Notes: a model not told the origin generated them from the sequence alone. A DNA stretch of 64,000 nucleotides from Geosiphon pyriformis uo1 (GCA_016748015.1 JAAOMT010000470.1:87655-151654); one strand, 5' to 3'; positions 40,419 through 54,764 are shown, numbered from the stretch's first letter. Translations and numbers: made by a program.

Positions 40419-41822
40419 TCAGTCCCTCCCTATCCGTATACTAGCTGAAAGTGGTTCTTGTGCCGAACTGTGATCGAGATAGGATTTACCGAGGTTTGTA
40501 GGGGGGCTGTAACGAAGGGGTTTTCGAATTTTGAAGAAGTACAGTAACCCACTTAGTGCAAAAATTATTATCCCTCCTGCGACTGATAATCCTATTACTA
40601 AAGCTTTGTTTGTTGTTTTTGTTGTTGAATGAGGAATACCTATTGATGAATTTGAAATTAATGTGGAATTTACGTTTTGAAACGTAGAGTTTGATTTAGA
40701 GTTTGACGTAGAGTTTGGCGTGAGTAAAGATTTAAATGGTGGCCATGTCAATTCTAGGTTTTTTGGTGTATATGAAGTTTCCCAAACCCAAGTTGTCGTA
40801 TCCAAGACGTAAAAATATTGTGCTGTGGTAGGATTAGGCTTAAGTTTAAATTTAGGTAATCAAATCATATTAAATATCTAATTATTTGGAAAATAACCGA
40901 AAAACAGTGGAAAATTTAGATGCTTACCACATATCCTTTTTTTTTAAAAAAGATATTCATGAAAAAGAAGCATAATTAGAATTGGAAAAAATAAATTTCC
41001 AAAAAACAAAGTATTAATTTATTTTTACTTACCATGCAAAAGAATGATATTAGTACCCACTAATGTCATACTGAAATCAGATCTTCCACCAGGTATTTTT
41101 CCTTTCATTGATTGAAAAGACCATTTCATTGGTGAAGTTAATGTGTCTAGAGTATAAAGATCATTGTAGCAGTTTAATAAATAAACATCTGCACCACCAA
41201 ATATTATTATAGACGTGCTATTCGAATCTATAAAAAAGATTTTCAAAGTTTTCTATAATTAAATGACTGAAATGTCAAAAAATAAGGGAATCAGGTTTTT
41301 AAACTGCTTACTTGCAACAGCTGCATGAAATCTACGAGGTAGTGGGATATCTCCATCAACCTTCTAAAATTGTTAAAAACAAATTTGAGAANNNNNNNNN
41401 NNNNNNNNNNNGTGGTGAGAAAACATCGAATGATTGTGTTATATCTAAGGTCCAGAGGTCGTTACTATCTGTTGTATTGTCTACTAATTTCTTTCCGAAA
41501 TCAGTTTTTCCACCGTATAAATAAAGACTAGAGAGTGAAAGAGAAAAAAAACTTAGGGAATAGAATCAAATAAGAGTTCCACATTTTTGTGAAATAAACT
41601 AAGTTAAACTTACGTTTTATCAATTAACGTAGCAGAATGGCAACTTTAGAGGTTTAAAATAAAGTCAAGTCATATTAAATTGATTAATCTTGGGAAAAAT
41701 GATTTAAAAAAAAAGAAGACAAACCATCGTTGATATGATACATCAACACTCTCGGCTGTCAAACTTAGAATCGACGAAATCATCCATATCTTTACAAAAA
41801 TCATGGACAACTTTTTAAACAT
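40419..41822 (-). CDS. Kelch-repeat type-I membrane protein, copy B; most of exon 3 lies in the gap
   Basis: Same exon structure as copy A; exon 5 peptide identical; divergent stalk, TM and tail; about 570 bp missing at the 20-N gap. Confidence 0.88.
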
Positions 41823-42099
41823 TATAAAAAATTTCTTTGAATATCATATAAGTTAAGTGTAATTGGTGATAGTTTCAATTTTAAGCTAAAAGTGTGAATT
41901 AAATACCTTTTATAAAAAAATGCTTTTAAATTGATATTAGTAATAATAATAATTAATATAGACTTGAAGAAATCTGATGTGCTCTTCCAGATTGTTTAAA
42001 CGGGTAGAGATCGTCCGGAATTAAAATGTCCATCTGTTTTTTAATTTAAAAATTAAATAAATCAAAACGATAGAAAGTTCCGAAAACGCACAATCTCAG

Positions 42100-43150
42100 T
42101 TACATTACTTAAATAGGTAGAGATCGTCTATAACTCGCCGTAAAAATTTAAATGCATAATCCAGTTATAAGGTTGCAGATGGTCTTAATGGACTTCCAAA
42201 AATTATTTTTAAATGTCAAAACATGAAATATAAAATCCTTTATTAGTGATAATCTTAATAATGGGTTTAATGTCAGGTTTATTTTGAATTTCATGAGTCA
42301 GTAACACTGATGTAATTAAAACATTATTTAGAAACTGTTTTATAAAAAAATCCGCCAAATATTAATCTCAAGCAAAAAAAAAGACTTCCAGTATATATCA
42401 CATTTTGGTAACCAAAAACAACTGATTTGGCCTTATTTTCTGCTTTATCAAATGACGCAATATGACCTCTTGGGAGCTTTTCTATTTGCTGCTCAAATGA
42501 ATGGTGGTGTGTTGTATCTTTTGTAGGACAAATCTAAAATTGTAAAAGATTAACAAATTCAAATATTATTACTTCGAATTAAATATAACACAGCGTATAA
42601 TAGTGCTTTATGGTAGATCATTTAACAGAACTCTATATAGAGGAAGAAAATGCACTTGTTGTGAATTTTAATAATCAAAATGGAATCTAAAATGATGTAT
42701 TAAATGTCTCGAATTGAAATTGAAATTGAAATTAGAATGCATATTATGGCGCTGATTTTACTACCTTACAAGCCAATACTTTTTAGCTGCTACATTAAAA
42801 AAAAAAGATTATAGTTTCTATCAAGATTTTTTAATGAAAGGTTATTAAGATCGAACTGAATAAAGGAACCGCTATTTGGGTAAAAATTTGTAGCTTTAAT
42901 TAATTCTTTGAAAATTCATTTTTAATACTACTTATCCCCTTATTATAAAGAAGCAATTTTGATCAGAGCGTGAAATAGAAATTACTTATTTCGAAATAAT
43001 TCCATTCCCCAATAATAATATTTCCATCTATCATCTCGATTCGGATAAGAAAACTGCGATAGTAGAAATTATATTTAAAAATAATATTTTATTGTCGCTC
43101 AATACAATCTTATAAAAGATTAACAGCATAATGAAATCATCAAGAAAATA
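42100..43150 (+). pseudogene. Relic of the multipass membrane gene family, divergent from kelch B
   Basis: YITFW*PKTT, LQANTF, TYPLII, EITYF..NNNISIYH, FIVAQYNLIKD correspond to motifs at 33.3-34.2 kb. Confidence 0.65.
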
Positions 43151-44329
43151 TTTGACAATTTAAACTAGATAAATGTGCATATTTTTGAGTTTTATAGTTT
43201 AATTATTCAATTGAGATCAAGAACTTTTAATATTTTTATCAGCCTTTGGTTCTGTGTTTAAGCACTTAAAAATATTAAAAAACTGGTTTAGGGAGAGGTT
43301 TAAAAGATTTTTTTAATAAAAAATAAAAGCAGAAAAGAAAACCAATTTTTTTAAAGAAGATTTTAGATGTTAAGGTTTGGAAAAAAGTTTTGAAGACTTT
43401 GAACCATGAGGCTTTGAGGAATAATAATAATATGTTGAGATTTAAAAATGTGTTTACAAAAATATTTAATATGATATTAAATCAAATTTTTTTTTGATAA
43501 TAATATCAAATAAACATATTTGTATTATATTTAAAAACATTAAAAACTTTCTAGAAAATAATATATATTATAAAACTTTGAAAATAACAATTTTATTTTT
43601 GTTAAAATATTCCTTTCTTTTCCAATTGTATTATTTAAACACAGATGTATAAATTTCATGTAATGTGAAAATCGGTCTTTCAAATAGGTGTGTAAAAGAT
43701 TACGACAAAAATATTGTATTTAAAAAGCTTTTTAGTGTTAAGGCGGGATGAAACTAGAAGGAACCAGGTAAGGCGGAAATAAAACAAATGAGCTCATCTA
43801 AGCTTCTATAAATTTTTAAAAAAAGAGAAATCTATGTGAATGTTCCAAATCATAATTTATATGCATTTAGCAAAAGACGTGTCAACACAGCAATATTAAA
43901 TAATTCTGATAATAAAAATATAAAAATTTTAATTATCAAACTATTTTAACTTACAGAATTGGGCTTTCACTTATAGGTAATAGGGATGAATTCTAAATCT
44001 GTAGCAGATTTAAAAAAAACTTTCCAGATTATCAAAAAATCTAAATTATTTTATTTTTATTATTAAAATTGAAATAATTTTTATTATTAATTATCAAAAA
44101 TATATCTCATATCAAATCTTTTACAATAAACTTTCTAGCATAACTAACCATCACACTTTAAAAATTTTTAAAGTGTACTAAAAATCTGTTTGCTCTTATA
44201 AATATTCTTTTACCTAAATTTTTTTCTCAATTTTTGTGCCAAGAATTTTTATCATTTATATAATAGTGGCCGACGTATTTAATTGAGAAAGTTTTAGGTT
44301 GCCTCAAATTAATATATTTATCAGATATT

Positions 44330-44600
44330 GAAAATTTGCAAAAAAAATAGTTGATATAGTATAGCTGTAAAAAAAAGGTAAATGCCTTAGGAATTATATT
44401 TTTTTCTATAAAATATAGAGCTATTAATATGAGTGCAATAATAACAATCGCAATTGTGTTCTCAAAAATTACATGAAAGAATCAATAGGTAAAGAAATAA
44501 GTATTATATGATGCAAATTGATACAAGTCAAATATTTCCATGGGTTCACTTAATGGGCCTGCATCTTTTACAAAAGTATTATCAACAATAACAGCCACAA
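44330..44600 (-). pseudogene. Further fragment of the multipass membrane gene family
   Basis: 44357-44455 matches 32461-32558 at DNA level; VIVDNTFVKD at about 44560-44595. Confidence 0.65.
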
Positions 44601-45563
44601 TACAATCTTTATCTTTTTGACTAAATTTGCTTGCTTTTTAATACTGCTTCCACAATGACATTTCTTAAAATGCTCTAGTTTTTTAGAAAAAATGATATAA
44701 AATATAACACAACTTTTTATATAAAAATTTAAAAGTTAAATCCCCAATTTACCAAAAAATATTGCCGCAATGTAAAATAACAATTATCTATCAACTAGAG
44801 TTAATTTTTAATATAGATATATAAAATAAAAATTAATAGTAATATATTATGAAAATAATTTTATGCAAAAATTATCTACGTTTATTCCCAACCGATACTG
44901 TATATGCTTTTTTTTCTTTCTTATTTTATTTACATCATTATCATTTATACGTTCCATGCCATAGAATCCGTTCAAAATAATCCATTTGACTATATCTAAG
45001 TCTTTAAATTAGATTCTTAATCATTTGTTGATTACTTAAAAAATCTTTATTATTCGTTGTCAGTTACTATATTTTTATTTCATATCTGCTGTTAAAACTA
45101 GATTGAAGATATATTCAGCAACGAAAAATATTTTTTTTATACTATTTAATTCCTTCCCTAATCAGGAAACTAATTAAAAAATAATTTATATTCCTATTTG
45201 CTTAGAGGTTCTTCCTTAGTGGTGAGAGGGAGAAATCATTGCAAATCATCACTCATTGTCTTTTTGCTATTTTTCATATAAATAAATAAGTTTTTCTACA
45301 TCACTTTTCAAATTATATGCTCCTATAATTAGTTGGGTGATGATTTAAATTCTAATCCGATCGAAAAAGCAATTTTAACGAAAATAATTAAGAATTCCAT
45401 TTCTGATTTCGATTAGCCTGAAAAAAGTTCCTTGTTCCCCTACATGCACGACAGAAATCTTGTTAATAATAACAAATCACCTGCCGATCACATATTTGTA
45501 TAAAAGTCTCTAAAAACTGCATATTGAAGTATTAATATTTCATAGCTTTTTTATATCTCACCA

Positions 45564-47059
45564 ATGGGACCCCAACAATACTTTCACGCTTTATCCAATG
45601 ATTTCGGGAATCTATTTGACAGTCAAAAGTTTTCTGATGTTAGAATTATAGTTGGCGAAGCGCCTAATATTAGAACTTTTCAAGCTCATTCACAAATTTT
45701 AGCAGCAAGATCACCCTATTTTGCTGTAGCACTCTCTAGTAATTGGATTAAAAGGGAAAATAATACCATTATCTTCTCCAAACCAAATATTTTCCCTAAT
45801 ATTTTTGAGATAATTCTCAGGTAAGGATTTTCTTGCTTCAAAAGTATTTTGATCAACAAAAATTTATGTGCTTTGTTTTCCTGCATAGATATATTTATAA
45901 TGGCGAGATTTCTCTTGATAAACATGAAGTAACTACCATTTTAGAATTACTTGTCATCGCTGACGAGCTTATTTTGGAAAACTTTATTGAACTCCTTGAA
46001 GAATATTTGATTGAACACCATGCAAAAGAGTTAGAAGAAAATTTCGCCACTTTACAAAAAACTTCATTCATGCATGATTCTTTCAAAAATTTACAAAATT
46101 TCTGCACCGAAATAGCTGCTAACAATCCAGCTATATTCTTCAACTCGCAAGATTTTACCTCCCTTAGTGAAAATGCTCTTTTCTCAATTTTAACCCGGGA
46201 TGACCTAAACATAGAAGAATCTGAAATATGGGAAAAGATTGTGGAATGGGGAGTTGCTAAATTGAATAACAATATTCAGATGAAAAAAGTTTTTGACTGG
46301 ACAGATGAAAACTTTAACGCCTTTAAGGAATCCATTGAAAGCCTTTTACCTTTAATCCGCTTCTTTAACATATCTTCAGTTGACTTTTATCACAAAGTAA
46401 AACCATTTGCGAGAATTTTACCTGGAACTTTATATGAAGATCTTTTACATCATTATCTCGTACCGGGTAGTCATCAAAAGTCTGTAGATGCTCAACCATT
46501 ACGATCAAATGTTGATTCAAAGCTTCTTCAATCGCATAATATAAAACAACTTGATCATTGGATTGAAGGCAAAGACGAAAATACTCCTTTCGAAGATCAA
46601 CTTGGAAATGATTTCCAATTGTTACTTCGAGGCAGTCGAGACGGATTCACTCCAACCGATTTTCATCGATTATGTGATAATAAAGGAGCAACAGTAAGCG
46701 TAATAAAAGTGAAAGGGACTGGTCAGGTAATTGGCGGCTATAACCCACAGTCTTGGCACTCTCGGGGAGAACTAATAGATGGAAAAAGAAGTTTTATTTT
46801 TTCCCTTGGAGATGGCAAAGCTGAAAATGCTAAACTTAGCAAATTTATTGGAGGATATGGACCTTATGGTGAGCCAAATCATGGACCCTATTTTGGAATT
46901 AGTAATTTGTTTTTTTATGGCAATGACTTGAAAAGTAGTCTAGTGGGCTATTGTGAAAAGACAACAGATTATGAGCTTGCTATAATGCCTCGATCAGAAA
47001 ATCAAAGGGTGAATTTCTCTTTGGAGGAATATGAAGTTTTTCAAATTTTAAAAAGATAA
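45564..47059 (+). CDS. BTB/POZ-BACK-TLDc protein, copy B, about 475 aa, intact
   Basis: Exons 45564-45820 and 45889-47059; BTB and BACK motifs; TLDc motifs FQLLLRGSRDGF, FHRLCDNKGAT, IGGYNP, SFIFSL, GPYFG, EEYEVFQI. Confidence 0.95.
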
Positions 47060-48949
47060 ATTCGCTTTTATTTAATTTGATTATACATAATCTGAAGACT
47101 CTGTTACCTATTTAAAAATTTTTCACTGGGAATATATTCTATAGCCGACTATTTTAAGCCCCACAATAGAGTTAAAAGAATAACATTTTCTATTTTAAAC
47201 ATCAAAAAATTATAAGTTGTTTGACAAAAAGTGATTTTTGAAGTTGATGTTTTTATCACAGGCTAAAACTATAAAACGCTCTTTAGCAGAATAGCATTAA
47301 AAATATAACTTTTAAATATTTGTATTTCCTCGCTAATTAAAAATATAAATTTTTGGATGGTGTTTTTAATATTTACTGTGCGATAATATAAAAAATACTT
47401 TGAATATAGAAACTTTGAGAGATTCGAAAAGAGTAAAAGTTTTCAAACAAAATATAAAAATAATAACTCTTTAATAAAACAGATTTTTATTAAAAATTCG
47501 ATGATTTTCTTCTTATATATTTAAAAAATTGTAAAGAATTGTTTTTTTATTGACCCTAATTGGAATTCGGATTATTTAAAAGAAATTATATTAAAAATAC
47601 TTTTCAAACTATTAGTAGCATTATATTTTTTGCTTTAATCTCATTTTTGCATTTTAGAATATAAATTTCTTGATTCAAATTTAACTCATGAAAAGTAGTT
47701 AATGTGATATTAACTATGATATCAATTCAGAACCAATGTAAAAAAAAACAAATGTAAAACTATTACCTTAATGAAAAAAAGTTATTAAATATTCAATCTA
47801 TTTAAAACTATAAATAACAACTATCAGCAAAGATAAATACCTTGGATTTNNNNNNNNNNNNNNNNNNNNNNNNNNNNNNNNNNNNNNNNNNNNNNNNNNN
47901 NNNNNNNNNNNNNNNNNNNNNNNNNNNNNNNNNNNNNNNNNNNNNNNNNNNNNNNNNNNNNNNNNNNNNNNNNNNNNNNNNNNNNNNNNNNNNNNNNNNN
48001 NNNNNNNNNNNNNNNNNNNNNNNNNNNNNNNNNNNNNNNNNNNNNNNNNNNNNNNNNNNNNNNNNNNNNNNNNNNNNNNNNNNNNNNNNNNNNNNNNNNN
48101 NNNNNNNNNNNNNNNNNNNNNNNNNNNNNNNNNNNNNNNNNNNNNNNNNNNNAGCCTTTTAATAGAAAATAAACAAATAAATCTTTTTACTTGAATGTTT
48201 GTTTACTCGTTGTCATGATTCTAAAAGATTCAAACAAAATAAATAAATAAATGAATAATCTTTTAATAAATTTCCCAACAATTAAAAAAAGTTAAAAAAA
48301 TGCTTTAAATTGGCAAATATTTTTAATATTGTACATCCATCACAAATTATTATCGAGGATAATTTTTATCTGGTACTAGATAAAAAATATGAAACAAGCA
48401 TTGAAGAAAACTGAATATGAGTATGACAACTGCATAGAAGAGTTTATAAAACTTTAATATATTGGAGTTTCAAATTTTTTTAATAGGCAAACAATATTTT
48501 ACTTGGGTTTTAATCTTTCTTCTAATCTCTTTAAAAATTCTAAACCTTTTGCTTAATTATCTTCAATGTCTGCTTTACAATTTTTCTTGAGCTTGAGTCT
48601 ACATAATAGACCATTAACTCAAAAAAAAATACATGAATATGTAATTGAGAGAAAAATCTTAATCCAGTAACATCATAAATTTGCCAGCAGAAAAATTGAT
48701 TGAAGTTACAACTACAACAAAAAGATCATTCCAATTAAAGCTGAGTGGTTTTTACTAAAAAATACAAATTTAATCGAAAAAGCTATTAATTAGGAGATCC
48801 AAAATAAAGAGCAACCAGAAGATAAAAGAAATAAATTATTAAAAGAACTGTTATAGAGGATGCCAATAATAAACAGCTTGCTAAAAATTCACAAAAAGAT
48901 TGTGAAGCTTTAAAAATTTTGAACAATAAAGATGAATTTAATGAATACA

Positions 48950-49166
48950 ATAGAATTTTTGGTGTTTATCTTTCATATTAGGAGCAATTAATTTAGAATT
49001 TGCTGAGGTTTTCCGGGAAAGATAGAATTTTTGGTGTTTATCTTTTATATTAGGAGCAATTAATTTGGAATTTGCTGAGGTTTTCAGGGAGAGGTAGGAT
49101 TCTTGGTATTTATCTTTTACATTAAAGGCAATTAACTTGGAATTTACTAAATTTTTTTGGGAAAGG
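48950..49166. repeat. 72-bp tandem repeat, three copies
   Basis: Units start at 48950, 49022, 49094; minus strand reads as an open 24-aa repeat LSRKTSANSKLIAPNMKDKHQKFY. Confidence 0.9.
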
Positions 49167-52100
49167 TTGAATGTTTTATTTGTGACATATAGTTTACTTC
49201 ACAATTAGAATTATTCTAAAAATTGAAGCATTAAAAATAGCAATGAGTCTCCAAATCCAGATAATCAAATTTAAAGAGGTATTATAATATTTTTAAAGAA
49301 ACCTCACTATAACCTTTTCATGTAGAATACCTCTCGTGCATTATTAATGGTTTTCTTAATTAGTTATTAGTAAAGAATATTAAATCTAATTTTTTCATTC
49401 AAGTTTTTCTAATCACCTGTGAGGATTACTTATAATTCTGTCAATCACACGTCAACTCACTCCATATTATATTTGAAAGCTTTTCTACCAAGATCAAAAA
49501 TTATTTGACTATTAAAAGTAAAACCCCTTCGGAATTGAGGACCTCTAATTAATTAGTCTTTACCTACACAACCTTTCAAGTTAGTTAATTCTTTTATATT
49601 AAGCCTCACGGTTTTATCACAAATTGTGAAGCCCACTCATAAACTTTTCCAAAATCCAAATATTTTGATAAATGATAAATAATAAAATAAACGGTTTTTC
49701 TTTAACAATGGTTCTTTAGCCTTAGATCAGTTCAATATGTGTACGATTTAATTAAATTGAAATAATTTATTAAAATTTACAATATCAAAAATAATGCACA
49801 TTAGTTAAATCAATTTTGATTAAATCACTCTTTAGGGAAATATATAATCATCAACTCATAATAATATATTGGTTTTAGCACTTTAACATTTAAATAATCT
49901 AGATCATTGCTAAAAAGTTATTACTAGATCCTAAGATAAAGACCTTTAGACAGTTGAGTAATTGTAAAAGGAGCAAATTGACATTCATAACTTAACAAAG
50001 TTCATGAAACTCTTTTCTCAAAATATTTAAACTTTAGAGTTGTCATAATTCTAAATGTAAAATTCTTAATGATTATTCCGATGACGGGGTAGTTCAAAAA
50101 CTTCATATTTTTTATATTTCTGTATATTTTTTTGAAATATTAAGTTTCAAATTCATGGGTCATTTTTGCTACCTAAAACTTTTTTTAGAAAATATTATAC
50201 ATATAGATTACCCAACATATTTTTTCTTATAGATAAAGTCAAAAAATTCGATTAAAGAAACATGGATGAAAATTTTTGTAAGAGAAATTTTAATTGGGAA
50301 TTGTATATATTCTCTACTCAACCAGAACGGGAGTGTCATTTGTCTTGGTTCTCTTTGACTGAAATAATTCTCTATTAAATGATTTAACGTGCTCAAAATG
50401 TTGAGGACGAAAATTTGAACATGCTCTAATTTCAATGTAGAAATAAAGACTTGAGATTCATTTTTTCAACCATATCTAGTATGTAATTTCTTTTTCAATA
50501 ATCTATTGGTATAATATAGTAAAATTCTGCTTTAACAGAGTTAAAAAAATCTGAACTTGACCAGAAATTATAAGATTTGAGATTCCCTAGTTGATATTTC
50601 TTGGATTTTAATTTTTAAGCTGTTCACCTTTTTTCTTTATCCAACAAAATTCAATGATCTTTTATAATAGTACAAAATATTTTATAACACAATTACGCTT
50701 AATGTTCAAAATCCATGGCAAAACAGATTACAAATTTTTGTTTAAATAATCGAAATTTATTCAAATTTAAGTTTAAGTATTTTTTAAGAGCCAAAAATAC
50801 TCTGAAACCATATAATAATATTTTCCTCAATCTTGTATTAGATAATTAGCAATAATTGAATCAAATTATTTAAAACATAGTCTTTTGTTTTCAAAAACCT
50901 TCTACTCAGATTTTTTCAAAAATATTTCGCTATTAAATTTAATTTCCTATTTAAAACTATTTTATTTTAAATTTTATGTTAGAGTATAAATTTTATCTAG
51001 GTTTTAAAACCATGAGCTCAATCTCTATAATAAATTGAATTATCAAGCTCGAGTGATTTTCTTAATCGTTTCTCGATCGAATTCCTTTCCCAATTTGATT
51101 TTAGCATTTTGATGGCAATTTGGGAACTTTATCATAATAGCCATTTATTCTAAAAATAATTTATTTAAGTTTTTATCCAAATAGTCAAAAAATATTATGG
51201 TCATATTTTAATGTTTCTTCTAATATAAAAATTTTCTGATACAATTGAAAGCCTTATGAAGACCTCTTTAGGTTTTAGAACTCCTTCGAAAGCGCTCCCC
51301 AACAAGACACGCGTTAGAGCATGCCTTATTAATCTTGCGGGTAAGAAATTTTGAAAAACCAAAAATCAGTCTTTTAATACTATACACCATTACTAAGGTT
51401 ATTTTATCTTTAGAACGGGTTACTGGTAAATCTTCATGAATTCAATCAGATTTTATTAAAGAAATCTAGGTCAGCCACCGAACAAAATGATTCCTCCGAA
51501 GAAGATTCTACTATCAGAACCCCATAAAAATAGAATTTTAATGCGAATCTTTTTTAGGATATTTTTTATTTGTACCAGTTGTTTAGGCAACATTTTTACT
51601 GTGTAAATAAAACAATGACACATATTTAATGATTTGAAGTATTAAAGGGACGTATGGTGCAAACCATTTATAATCATCAAAAATGTAGATCAGTTCGAAT
51701 TTTTAATATATTATTTATAATAAAAAATAAAATTTTATTAAATTTTATATAATATAAAACCAAATACAGTATTACAAAGTTTGAATATTATTTAATTTGT
51801 CTAATTCTTCAAAAATATTATTCGGAATTCTTCTATAAGATTTATACTTTTTTATAGCATATTCTATTAATTTTCTATTAAGATCTTTTCTATAAAGATT
51901 TATATAACACCAATATTTTCTTGAAAATTGTCTAATAGTTATTAAAGATACTGATTCAAGACTTTTAGACACTGTTTTTTGTAATTTTTTTCATGAATAA
52001 TCGTATTTGTTACATATATATCTTTTAGCAGCTTCTCAATATCTTTCAATAAAATTTAATTTGCAATGAAATTTTGGAAAAAAAATGCATTTATGTTCCA

Positions 52101-52808
52101 TACTTTCAATTAATTCTTCAATTGCATTTTTTTGAGCAAGAAAATCAGATTCCAAAGATATTACTAAACATACACAACAAAAAATTCTTGAAAAATCTTT
52201 GATTTTTTTTTTGTATTTTTGGCATTCTAATACTAATTCTTTTAATAGCCATTTTTCTCATTCTATTAATACTTGTTTAATTCCTTTAGGCAATCCTTAA
52301 AGTTTTTTATCTGAATATATTTTTGAGAAGATCATTGATTGTAATTAATTATCTAATCCAAAAAAAGTATCTCACATTAATAATTGCTTTCCACTTAGAC
52401 TTAAATTCATCCTGCTTGCAATTAAAGCATCTTTACTAAATACTGCATAATTAGAGCTATTATTAAAAACAAATATAGCTGTACAATCTGAATATAATTT
52501 CTCAAAAATTGGAATTGCTTTATATTTAATTTGTTTAAAAAAATAGTCTGCTATCCAATAATTATCTTGATTTATATCAGATTGCAAAAAGCATTTTGCC
52601 TCTTCTGGTATATTAGAATAGTTTTTTAAATCATTTTGTTGTAAATATAAATGTCCACCAAATTTTATCAAAATATAATAATTCTTTCTCTCGTCAATCC
52701 TCTGGCCACTACGAGAGCATAAGATTTTTTTGGGGAAATTACTTTATTTTATTCTTTTCCCCTTTGTTTGTTCAAGTCATTTCTTTTAATATAACCCCTT
52801 TCATTACA

Positions 52809-54751
52809 ATGGAACCAGTAGACTTGTCTGTTGGAGGATCTGGCTCGGTTTCAGCTGATTTGGGAACTCATTTAAGTGCTAAAAAGAATTATTTGAATAC
52901 AGTCTATTCCTGTGATACATCCTACAAGAAACCAAAGAAGCATGTAGCTGGTATTGTGGTTGATTTGTCTGCAAGTCCTCTGAGTTTGGAAGATATTGAT
53001 GGTGCTGGCGTCAAGCCTATGGTGTCTTGGAGCAGTAAAGTTGGTAGCATTGCCAGCAGCATAAGCAATCTGTTAGATGTTAAGAATATGATGAACACAG
53101 TAGCTGAAAAAACCAGCTACGTGGAATCTGGTAAGGACAACGGTATGGACAAAGCTACACCAAGGAAAACCCATACTTAAACGTATGTGTTAAGGAACCT
53201 GCCAAAGCAATCTTCTTTCAACTATATGAGCGATGATAATAATGGGCTGATACTTTCTTCTAGTGTGATTTTGGAATCCAATGAGCTGCTGCCAATTAAA
53301 TTATGTGTCATAGAAAAATGGAGCTTCAATTTGTCGAAGTTTTTTGCACTTGACATTGAACTTTTAGCTGTGCCTGGTAAGACTGTTGGTAATAAGTTAA
53401 TCTGTATGAAAAAATTTTTTATTAAATAAATGGTTTTGAGAGGGCGTCGACTCCCTCAAAGTTTTCTAGGATCATTAGATCTTCCTTCATATCTGAATTA
53501 AGTCTAAAAAAGGCTAAGAATTTGGCTGTTTATGAGAAAATTGTGGTGAATGTTGATGTTAAACAGGTAAACAAACTTTCAGATTGGGTAATTGTTGTCA
53601 AAGAGATTCCAGTCAATCTTTCCAAATTGGCTGTGGAATCTGTTTTTTCTAAATTTGGAAAGATTACATCAATCAAAATGCACTTGATTAGTCTATAACA
53701 AAAGGTTTTTGTGAAGTTTGAGTCATCTGAAGTAGCTGATTTGGTCATGATTAAGTGGTCTGTTTTTATGGAAAAGAATTCCATTCATGTGGCGAAAGCT
53801 ATTGAAGATAAACAATTGTGGATTTCCAGAGATTTGCATTGAGCATTGCTCTACACTTTTCCAATTGGTACAATAGCTCATGATCTTTCAGATTTGTTGG
53901 AATCATATGGTGGAAAAACTTGTTTCATTGGCCGTAATCCCATTTCATATGTGCATGATAGATGTGCAATTGTGTGTTTTGTTGATAAAACATCCAAATT
54001 GGCTGCTATTGGTTCCATTCCAATGTTTAAGGGCATAAATTTGTGCTGGGCTGGCTTTTTTCTGGCCTGTTGTGCTCATTGCAAACAGTTTGGTCATATC
54101 TCTACAGAATGTTTGTTGGGTAGGGATTCTGGTACTTGTGGTAAGTGAGTGGTAACTCCTTAAAATCAGGTCCATTTGGCAAACATATATAAGAAAAAAC
54201 AAGTGCTGATTGTTTGCCCAGTTTTTTTTGGTAGGAAAACTTGGGCCCAGGTGGCTGGTGGTTCTTCTTTTCATGAGATTTTGTCAAAATCTTCTGGTGT
54301 TGGTTTATCTTCAGGTGCAAAACCTGTCTCATTGGTTTCTGAATCTCTTGGTAATTCCTGTTTGGCTGAGTGCTTGGCTTTTCTAGAATGCTCTTTGGAG
54401 CTTTTAGTGGACCAGGTTTTGGATATTTTGAAAAAATTGAGTTTTGTGAAATTGGTGCCTCTGGCATCTAGTTTCCATGTATCTTATCCAGTTGTTGTTG
54501 CGTCTGTTATTACTAATATGGATTCAGATATGACTTGTGATGATATGATGGTGTTTTCTCCTCCTCTTTTTTCAGCTGTTGCTAATTTGGTTGTTGACTT
54601 AAGCTCAAGTAGTTCTAAAGTTTTGACCACCAAGGTGGGTGGATTGGAGTCTAAGATGGTGGCTTTGGAGATGTCAGTGGAATCTGTTTTAGAGAGATTG
54701 GATTGTTTGTGCTTGGGTTTGGGTTCATTAGCTTTATCTTCTTCTCAATAA
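52809..54751 (+). pseudogene. LINE ORF1 (RRM-like plus CCHC knuckle)
   Basis: FSKFGKITSIKM, CAHCKQFGHISTEC, coiled-coil-like C-terminus; several stops. Confidence 0.85.
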
Positions 54752-54764
54752 GTGATCTTGTCTG

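Noticed and set aside
45833-45888. ORF-track N-terminus MLQKYFDQ of the BTB exon 2 ORF
   Set aside because: Lies in the intron; the real start is 45564
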